Positions 19,094 to 25,923 of a DNA stretch of 32,000 nt are shown piece after piece. The notes beneath the pieces were generated by a model. It made no database searches and was not told where the DNA came from. It saw nothing but the letters and a program-made list of their open reading frames with translations. Position 1 is the first letter of the stretch. Each line of letters opens with the position of its first letter. Both the position numbers and the translations under genes were made by a program. This stretch comes from Vibrio cholerae ATCC 14035 (lineage in GTDB: Bacteria > Pseudomonadota > Gammaproteobacteria > Enterobacterales > Vibrionaceae): contig NZ_JHXR01000023.1 in NCBI RefSeq assembly GCF_000621645.1, positions 1 through 32,000 on the forward strand, read 5' to 3'.

Positions 19094-19138
19094 ATATATG
19101 TTAAATTGAGCTCAACCAATAGAGAAGTTGAATTGATT

Positions 19139-20155
19139 ATGCAAAATCGCACATCAGTTATGGAAAACACGCAAAATCAACATAAGGTATTAACCAAAAA
19201 CGGCGCACGCCAAACGGTCACCTTGTCACGTCATGTGGTCAAGGAGCGAGATGAGCAAATTGTTGCGCAAAATTTGAATCAACCTGTGATGGCACAAGGC
19301 CACTTTGTGGAATACGTCAGTCCAAACGGGTTTACCTTGCATGGAGGGTCTAGCCTTGAATTGGCCGATTGCGATGTGATGACCACCAGCGCGCCAGCCC
19401 TTGTCATCATTCTCTTGCTGGAAGGCACCTTACGCTTTGCCTATGATGATCTCAAACTTGAATTGTGTGCCAATCAGCATCCACAAGCTTTAATGGTCAA
19501 TTTGGAGCAGCCGTGCATCTTCCATCGCCGTCTGCATCAAGGGATGACAGTACGCAAACTCAACATCGTTTTATCGCCCGATACATTGCAAAAATTCGCG
19601 CAACACTCCTGCCCATTGCAACATTTTCTGCAACAAGACAAAGCACTGGTTCCACTTTCACTGAACGAGGAAAGTTGGCAAGCCGTTGAGTCTCTGCTCA
19701 ACCGTCGTGTGATCCACACCATCAGTGCGCATATTGCTCGGGAAGCCACGGTTTGGCGCTTGGTGCATGACGCCGTGTTGCAATGCCCTAAACACGCCAC
19801 CTCGTTATCTCAGCACCAAGAGGGACAATCTGAGCAATGGATTAATCAGTTGCTGCACTATATCGATCAGCATTTGCATGAAGAGATTTGCTTAGAGCAA
19901 CTGGCAGAACGCCATGCGATGAGCGTTTCCAACTTACAACGCAAATTTAAAACTCGCCTGAATATGACGATTGCACACTACATCCGGCACCGACGGTTAC
20001 AACTGGCGCGTCAGCAATTAGAGCGAGGTTTGGTCACCATCACAGAGGCCGCGTATGAAGCAGGCTACCTGCACCCTTCCAACTTTACCGCAGCGTTTAA
20101 AAAAGCCTTTGGTATCTCTCCGCAGGCTTTTGTGGAATTAAAACAGGCGGGTTAA
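19139..20155 (+). CDS. AraC/XylS-family transcriptional regulator
   Basis: The C-terminus has a double helix-turn-helix (LEQLAERHAMSVSNLQRKFK... ITEAAYEAGYLHPSNFTAAFKKAFGISP). I chose the ATG at 19139 because the track start at 19079 lies inside the Fur box and promoter. Confidence 0.85.
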   Translation: MQNRTSVMENTQNQHKVLTKNGARQTVTLSRHVVKERDEQIVAQNLNQPVMAQGHFVEYVSPNGFTLHGGSSLELADCDVMTTSAPALVIILLLEGTLRFAYDDLKLELCANQHPQALMVNLEQPCIFHRRLHQGMTVRKLNIVLSPDTLQKFAQHSCPLQHFLQQDKALVPLSLNEESWQAVESLLNRRVIHTISAHIAREATVWRLVHDAVLQCPKHATSLSQHQEGQSEQWINQLLHYIDQHLHEEICLEQLAERHAMSVSNLQRKFKTRLNMTIAHYIRHRRLQLARQQLERGLVTITEAAYEAGYLHPSNFTAAFKKAFGISPQAFVELKQAG

Positions 20156-20200
20156 TTGCCATGATTCTGGCCAAGCTTATCCCCTACTTGTACTGCTGCC

Positions 20201-20965
20201 TCACGTCGGAAGAGTATAGAGACATAAGCGCTGCCCCTGCATCTCAATCACATTAAATGGGGTATCGTAAATGGCGCTCAACACTTCAGATTGGATCACA
20301 TCACGCACCGAGCCTGTGGCTACGACTTCGCCTTTTTTCAATGCGACGATTTTATCGGCGTAGCAGGAAGCAAAGTTGATGTCGTGGATCACCACCACCA
20401 CCGCCTTATTCAGCTCATGGGCTAAACGGCGCAGCGTAGACATGATTTGCAGCGAATGCTTGATATCCAGATTGTTTAACGGCTCGTCGAGGAAGACGTA
20501 ATCGGTATCTTGCGCCATGACCATGGCGATAAACGCGAGTTGACGCTGACCACCACTCAGTTCATCCAGATACTGATACTGAATGGTTTCGAGATCGAGA
20601 TACTCGATCGCTTGGTTGATGATCTGCTCATCTTGTGTGGTCAATTTTCCTTGGCTGTAAGGAAAACGGCCAAAAGCCGTCAACTCTCGCACCGTAAAAC
20701 GCATATTGAGCACATTCGATTGACGCAACACCGCTAGCTTTTGGGCCAGCGCCTTGGTGTTCCACTCCACCAACTCACGCTGCTCAATCCAGACTTTACC
20801 GGCATCCCGATTGACCAAACGGCTCGCCATTGAAAGCAGCGTACTTTTGCCTGCGCCATTAGGGCCGATAATCGCCGTCACCTGCCCTTTATCAAACTGA
20901 GCACTGGCGTCATGTACCACGCGCTTGGTACCAAAATGTTTGGTGAGCTTTTCCAGTTGAATCAT
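20201..20965 (-). CDS. vctC: Siderophore ABC transporter, ATP-binding protein
   Basis: Walker A is GPNGAGKST, the signature is LSGGQRQ and Walker B is VFLDEP. It is FepC/FecE-like, 254 aa. Confidence 0.9.
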   Translation of the reverse strand: MIQLEKLTKHFGTKRVVHDASAQFDKGQVTAIIGPNGAGKSTLLSMASRLVNRDAGKVWIEQRELVEWNTKALAQKLAVLRQSNVLNMRFTVRELTAFGRFPYSQGKLTTQDEQIINQAIEYLDLETIQYQYLDELSGGQRQLAFIAMVMAQDTDYVFLDEPLNNLDIKHSLQIMSTLRRLAHELNKAVVVVIHDINFASCYADKIVALKKGEVVATGSVRDVIQSEVLSAIYDTPFNVIEMQGQRLCLYTLPT

Positions 20966-20967
20966 TG

Positions 20968-21918
20968 CTAAACCACTTTATTGCGAAGTAACAGCGAGAG
21001 GAAATAGATCCCGCCGATAAAATTGATCACCACACTCAAGGTGGTCCCGAAATGAAACACTTTTTCGATGATCCACTGGCCTGACAATAGTGCGCACACC
21101 GACATCGCCGACGTGGCAAGCAGCAAGGTGGAGTGACGATAAGAGCGGAACCATTCGCGAGTCAGGTTTGTCACCAGCAGCCCAAAAAACAGAATGGGCC
21201 CGACCAGAGCGGTGGAAATCGAAATCAGCAGCGCGCTGATCAGCAAGACATTACGCGTCACTTTGTGTACATCGACACCTAAACTCACCGCGTTATCTTT
21301 ATCTAACCAGAACACATCGAGCACACGATGCTGACGGAACAGCAGCACGCAAGCCAATAGCAGCAGAGGCGACACCACATACACCAACTTGGTGTTGACG
21401 TTATTAAAGCTGGCGAACATGTTAGCCTGCACCGAAGCAAAATCGTTCGGATCCATCAACATCACAAAGAAAGAGGCGATGCTGGAAAAAAGCTGGCCTA
21501 AAATCACCCCAAGCAGTAACAGCACAATCAAGTTGCGATGCCCACTTCGGAAATAAAAAGTAAACAGCAGCGTCGAGAAGCTGAGCATCGCCGCCACCGA
21601 CAGTGAAAAATTCCAGTACACGTTCATCGCAATACTGCTCATGCCCCCAAACAGCACCACGACCAACACTTGGGTGAACATGTATAAAGCATCAAACCCC
21701 ATAATACTCGGCGTTAAAATACGGTTATGGGTGATGGTTTGAAACGCCAACGACGACTGCGCAATCGCAATGCCAGCAAAGACCATAGCCAACACTTTCG
21801 GCACACGACGCGATAAAAAATACTGGTAGTTGTCCGCATTGAGCCCGACGCCAATAAACAGCGCCGCAAACAGCAGAGAAATCGCGATCAGCAGCAGTAA
21901 TTTCGTTCTATCCTGCAT
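20968..21918 (-). CDS. vctG: Siderophore ABC transporter permease (FecCD family)
   Basis: 316 aa, a polytopic FecCD-type membrane protein. Its start overlaps the upstream permease gene by 11 nt. Confidence 0.88.
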   Translation of the reverse strand: MQDRTKLLLLIAISLLFAALFIGVGLNADNYQYFLSRRVPKVLAMVFAGIAIAQSSLAFQTITHNRILTPSIMGFDALYMFTQVLVVVLFGGMSSIAMNVYWNFSLSVAAMLSFSTLLFTFYFRSGHRNLIVLLLLGVILGQLFSSIASFFVMLMDPNDFASVQANMFASFNNVNTKLVYVVSPLLLLACVLLFRQHRVLDVFWLDKDNAVSLGVDVHKVTRNVLLISALLISISTALVGPILFFGLLVTNLTREWFRSYRHSTLLLATSAMSVCALLSGQWIIEKVFHFGTTLSVVINFIGGIYFLSLLLRNKVV

Positions 21919-22846
21919 GACGCTGCCCTCGCAAAATCAAGGCAATAAACACCGAACCACCTAAAATACTGATGATCATAGAGATGGGGACTTCATACGG
22001 GAAGATGATGACGCGCCCCACTAAATCACATAACAACACGAACATCGCCCCGAAAATGGCAGTGCGCGGAATATTTTTACGCAAATTATCGCCGTAATAG
22101 AGGCTGACTAGATTAGGCACAATCAAACCCAAGAAAGGCAGTTGACCGACAATCATGACCACGGTCGCCGACATGATGGAGACTAAGGCCACACCGATGA
22201 TCATGACCTGTTGATAATTCAAACCCAGATTGGTCGCAAAATCTTTTCCCATCCCCACGGCAGAAATGCGTGCGGCGTACAAATAGCTGAAAATAGCCAC
22301 TGGGATTGCGATATAGAGCAGTTCAAAATCCCCTTTAAGCAGGTTGGCAAAATTGGCAACAGCCCAACCGGAAAGATTTTGGATAGCATCATATTTGTAG
22401 GCAATAAAGGTCGCCAAAGAGTCAATCACATTGCCAAAAATGATGCCGATCAGCGGCACGAAAATGACGTTTTTAAACTGAATGCGCTGAATGAAAAACA
22501 CAAAGACCAGCGTACCCAACATGGAGACGCCGAAAATCAACCAGAGGTTTTGACCATGGCCAAACAGAACTAGGCTAAGCACGTAACCGAGCATGGCACA
22601 CTCAATCGTGCCGGAAGTCGATGGTGAGGCAAATCGGTTTTGACTCACTTGCTGCATGATAAGACCCGCGATGCTTAAACCCGCACCGGAGAGCAAAATC
22701 GCTAATAATCGGGGGACTCGGCTAGTCAGCAGTAACTGCCAAGCTGACTCATCACCTTGAAACAAGGCTGCGAGGGATAAATTGCCCACGCCAACAAACA
22801 GGGAACAAAAACTAATAACAACTAAAACAAGCAATAACTTTTTCAA
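21908..22846 (-). CDS. vctD: Siderophore ABC transporter permease (FecCD family)
   Basis: 312 aa, a polytopic FecCD-type protein. It has a TTG start preceded by GAGG with a 6-nt spacer. Confidence 0.88.
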   Translation of the reverse strand: MKKLLLVLVVISFCSLFVGVGNLSLAALFQGDESAWQLLLTSRVPRLLAILLSGAGLSIAGLIMQQVSQNRFASPSTSGTIECAMLGYVLSLVLFGHGQNLWLIFGVSMLGTLVFVFFIQRIQFKNVIFVPLIGIIFGNVIDSLATFIAYKYDAIQNLSGWAVANFANLLKGDFELLYIAIPVAIFSYLYAARISAVGMGKDFATNLGLNYQQVMIIGVALVSIMSATVVMIVGQLPFLGLIVPNLVSLYYGDNLRKNIPRTAIFGAMFVLLCDLVGRVIIFPYEVPISMIISILGGSVFIALILRGQRHAG

Positions 22847-22869
22847 AGTAAACCTCAGCCTGTCAGCAA

Positions 22870-22889
22870 GAGGAGAGTTCCCCCTCCTC
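22870..22889 (-). other. Small stem-loop between the binding-protein and permease genes
   Basis: GAGGAG-N8-CTCCTC gives a 6-bp stem. It lies in the 52-nt vctP-vctD spacer. Confidence 0.35.
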
Positions 22890-22898
22890 CGTGCTTAT

Positions 22899-23810
22899 TT
22901 ACTGCATACCAACTGACGCTTTCATGTCGGCAACCATCTGCTCTGTCGCTTTCACGCCAGAGATAGCGATGTACCAAGCATTCACATCGAGATAAGCAAT
23001 ATGGCCGTTTTTGTAAGCTGTGGTGGCTTTAACCAGATCATTTTCAAAGGTTTGGCGAATATTGGTTTCACCTTTAGTCACCACTTTATCTCGGTCAACC
23101 ACCAGCAAGGTTTTCGGATTGTGTTCACGGATGTACTCAAATGAGATCAGATCACCATGGCTGCTCTCTTTGCTGACTGGCACGGTTTCACTAAATCCAA
23201 AATCTTTGTACACCGAAGAGAAGCGTGAATTGGCACCAAAAGTCGTCAGGTTGCCGCCAGAGCTCATGACCAACATCGCATCACTTTTATGTTGTTGGTT
23301 GTATTGCATGATGGATTTAAATTGCGCGTCAACTTGCTCAATTTTGGCTTCGACCGCAGGCTCAATCGCAAACACTTTGCCTAGGTTACGCCACTGCTGT
23401 TGAGTGCTTTCCCAATAACCTTGGTCAGCTTCAGCAGCAAAAACGATGGTCGGTGCAATTTTTGATAGCTCGTCGTAGCTTTTCGATGCACGCGGCCCAA
23501 TCACAATCAGATCCGGTTTTTGGGTATAAATCGTTTCAAAATCTGGCTCAAACAACGAACCTGCACTTGGATACTTATCACTCTTGTATTTGGCAAGATA
23601 GTCAGGAGTACCATCAAATTTGGAAACGGCAACCGGCTCAATACCGAAACTGTCGATAGCGTCCAGAGCCCCCACACCAATAACCACTACACGTTGCGGT
23701 TTCTGCTCAAGGGTGGTTTTACCCAAGCGATGTTCAATCGTTACTGTCTCTGCTTGTGCAGCAAACGCAGCCAATAATCCTAATGCAGCCCAATGAATAC
23801 GAGATTTCAT
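22899..23810 (-). CDS. vctP: Periplasmic siderophore-binding protein
   Basis: I trimmed the track ORF to the ATG at 23810, which follows AGGAA. Signal peptide is MKSRIHWAALGLLAAFAAQA. The protein has a class III (FhuD/FepB-like) binding-protein pattern. Confidence 0.88.
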   Translation of the reverse strand: MKSRIHWAALGLLAAFAAQAETVTIEHRLGKTTLEQKPQRVVVIGVGALDAIDSFGIEPVAVSKFDGTPDYLAKYKSDKYPSAGSLFEPDFETIYTQKPDLIVIGPRASKSYDELSKIAPTIVFAAEADQGYWESTQQQWRNLGKVFAIEPAVEAKIEQVDAQFKSIMQYNQQHKSDAMLVMSSGGNLTTFGANSRFSSVYKDFGFSETVPVSKESSHGDLISFEYIREHNPKTLLVVDRDKVVTKGETNIRQTFENDLVKATTAYKNGHIAYLDVNAWYIAISGVKATEQMVADMKASVGMQ

Positions 23811-23855
23811 ATGTTCCTTCCGAAAGTGGTTGAGATAAGCAAGTGGAATCATTTT

Positions 23856-23874
23856 GATACTTATTCTCATTAAG
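23856..23874 (-). promoter_or_regulatory. Fur box upstream of vctP
   Basis: The minus strand reads CTTAATGAGAATAAGTATC, matching 14 of 19 positions of the Fur consensus. It lies about 45 nt upstream of the vctP ATG. Confidence 0.65.
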
Positions 23875-24016
23875 AGAGTGCGTACTATAATCAAAACCAA
23901 CTTGGCAATGCAACTGTGTGAGGGAAGATATCGTTGAACAATTTAGAAATGCACAAACCCTCGCCAATTCTTATCAATAGCAAGGGTCTACAAGATTCAT
24001 TTAATGAATTTGATTC

Positions 24017-24215
24017 ATACCCAAACCACTTGGAGTTGCAGGTAGGCGGCAAGTGAGTGACAAATTTGTCTGGAACAAATTTGCACAGCCATCGGCTGGC
24101 CTTTGGTGAGAGCCAAGGATGGCTCTCACAATCCCCATGAACATAGATAGACTATGTGGTTGGGGAGAACTAACGTAGCCAACACCGCTGCAGCTTCAAG
24201 TAGGAAGGGGATAGC
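24017..24215. repeat. ERIC/IRU-type imperfect palindromic repeat carrying a 69-bp internal insert
   Basis: The left arm TTGGAGTTGCAGGTAGGCGGCAAGTGAGTGA matches the ERIC consensus as I remember it. So does the right part AATCCCCA...TGGGGAGAAC...AGCCAACACCGCTGCAGCTTCAAGTAGGAAGGGGATAG. Positions 24061..24129 interrupt the element between GAGTGA and ATCCCC. Confidence 0.7.
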
Positions 24216-24974
24216 TTAAATAAGGTATGACTGACACTCAGCCCCAAGCACATGCGTAATGGTTTGTGGCTCTACCAATAACCAATTAGGACAAGCATCC
24301 AAGGGCTCGGAGGCTAAGATGATTCCATCTTGCCAAGGTTTGCGGTAAACCGTCGGCGGTTGACCATCGGTACTGTAACGAACCAGCCAAAACTGTTGAC
24401 CATCAGAGAGACAAATAGAGGCTTTAAACGGTAACACGACGCTTTTTACGACCATCAAGGCTTCTATTTCCGCAATGGTTTGGCGAATAGCTGCCACCGG
24501 ATCTCGCTCTAAACCATTTTTGAGCATCAATAGGAAAATCAATTCGCTGTCCGTCGTACCGATGCGCCGAATGTATAAATGCTCAGGCAGTGAGCGCTCC
24601 AGCTCATATTTCACCGCACAATAGTCACCAATTTGGCCGTTATGCAGAAACATCCAGTGGTTATACATGAAGGGATGACAGTTTGAACGCGATACTTGCG
24701 TGCCCGTCGATGAACGAACGTGAGCCATAAAGCGATGTGAGCGAATATGGTGAGCCAATGAGCGTAGATTCTCATCTCCCCAAGCCGGTAACACTTCGTG
24801 GAAGCGTCCCGGCGTGCTGCGCTCTGTGTACCAACCTAGGCCAAACCCATCCGCGTTGACTCGAGTTACCGCTTTACGCGCTTCCAGACTTTGGTGAACT
24901 AACGAATGCTCTGGTTGATAAACCAACTGCTCTAAATAGATGGGGCTCCCTTGATAAGCCAGCCAGCGACACAT
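24216..24974 (-). CDS. Class II (Ntn) glutamine amidotransferase-like amidohydrolase, EgtC-like
   Basis: I set the start at the ATG at 24974 so that Cys2 becomes the Ntn nucleophile (MCRWLAYQG). AGGA lies 7 nt upstream. The motifs NADGFGLGWY, RSNCHPF and HNGQI resemble EgtC/YafJ-type proteins. Confidence 0.8.
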   Translation of the reverse strand: MCRWLAYQGSPIYLEQLVYQPEHSLVHQSLEARKAVTRVNADGFGLGWYTERSTPGRFHEVLPAWGDENLRSLAHHIRSHRFMAHVRSSTGTQVSRSNCHPFMYNHWMFLHNGQIGDYCAVKYELERSLPEHLYIRRIGTTDSELIFLLMLKNGLERDPVAAIRQTIAEIEALMVVKSVVLPFKASICLSDGQQFWLVRYSTDGQPPTVYRKPWQDGIILASEPLDACPNWLLVEPQTITHVLGAECQSYLI

Positions 24975-25112
24975 AACCACGTCCTGTAAAAAAGTATTTC
25001 TGATTTCAATAAAGCATGTTTAGTTACAGGGTGCAATACGGGGTGAAAAATATAACTGAATTCTAGCCAACGCTTGCAGTATAAGGCTTCAATCCGCTCT
25101 CGATTCGTCGCC

Positions 25113-25170
25113 CTATCCCCTCTTTGTGACCGATCAACACCGCTGCGGCGTCAAGTAGGAAAGGGATAGA
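25113..25170. repeat. Short ERIC-derived palindromic unit (mini-ERIC)
   Basis: Positions 25136..25169 match 31 of 34 positions of the right arm of the full element (24181..24214), in the same orientation. The termini are CTATCCCC...GGGATAG. Confidence 0.65.
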
Positions 25171-25369
25171 GTGTACCAAAACCGCTCACACCACGACAGC
25201 GTCAAATCGAAACAAAATCAATGAAGCAAGATCAAATTATTTCCCTTTATTTTATCGTCAATCGAGTGATGGGATTTCGCATATATTGATAGCATGTTTA
25301 ATTTCACTGATTATTTATTGTGCTCTAATTGCTTTATTTAACAGACCTAACTAACAATTACGATGTTTT

Positions 25370-25404
25370 ATATCGACATAGATATCATTTATCCATGTCG
25401 ATAT
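25370..25404. promoter_or_regulatory. Perfect 10-bp inverted repeat in the AT-rich region upstream of the small ORF and prtV
   Basis: ATATCGACAT-N15-ATGTCGATAT. It lies about 165 bp upstream of the ATG at 25567. Confidence 0.35.
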
Positions 25405-25566
25405 TGTGCATAGTTAATTGTCTTATTAGTCATTTATTCGATTGATGATTTGTTTACTGAATGTGTTGCAAATGTGATGCTATGCCAAACAATGAATAAT
25501 TCAGGCTTGCTATGAATTATCGCCAGCCATAAATTGTTACAAATACTTTACATATGGATATGTACT

Positions 25567-25839
25567 ATGCGCACCCTATTTGGATTATGGGTAATCTGCT
25601 ATTCCACCTTATTATTTGCCAATGCTCAGCCTAATGATGAAAAGCTAGTTAGTGCCTTGATTGAACAAGGCATTATCTGCGAAGGGCTTTCTTATGAGCA
25701 GCAACAAAAAGCATTATCCCTCTACTTACAGCAAAGGTTTAATAATAAGAATAACGATATCAAAGCTGATAGCGAATCCTCTTCCTCAGGTGAAAACCCT
25801 GAATTAAAGCCACGCTGTATTAATCCAGAGTCGCCATAG
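25567..25839 (+). CDS. Small secreted hypothetical protein with similarity to the PrtV N-terminal pro-region
   Basis: This is the first in-frame ATG. Signal peptide is MRTLFGLWVICYSTLLFANA, followed by QP. The mature protein is about 70 aa with a Ser/Asn-rich tail. The SD is weak. Confidence 0.5.
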   Translation: MRTLFGLWVICYSTLLFANAQPNDEKLVSALIEQGIICEGLSYEQQQKALSLYLQQRFNNKNNDIKADSESSSSGENPELKPRCINPESP

Positions 25840-25923
25840 CCATCACCCAATCTGGTTAACCGAAGATTGTTATTTTCGGCTGGCCTTTTCACACCTTAAA
25901 TAAGGAAATATTAAGGAAATAAA

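Noticed and set aside
19079-19138. Track start at 19079 for the AraC-type regulator
   Set aside because: That ATG lies inside the Fur box and promoter, and it adds a non-homologous IRIYVKLSS leader. The ATG at 19139 is preferred, although the ATG at 19160 cannot be excluded.
23811-23900. 30-codon N-terminal extension of vctP
   Set aside because: The extension would run through the Fur box. The ATG at 23810 has an AGGAA SD and starts a canonical signal peptide.
24017-25170. The repeat-flanked amidotransferase gene as a composite mobile element
   Set aside because: No transposase, integrase or target-site duplication is visible. ERIC-type repeats are not known to be autonomous. I kept the flanking repeats as an observation, not as a mobile-element call.
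25283-25304. ATATTGATAGCATGTTTAATTT as a HapR/LuxR-type site upstream of prtV
   Set aside because: Only the left half (TATTGATA) matches the dyad consensus as I remember it, and the right half does not. That is too weak to call without binding data.
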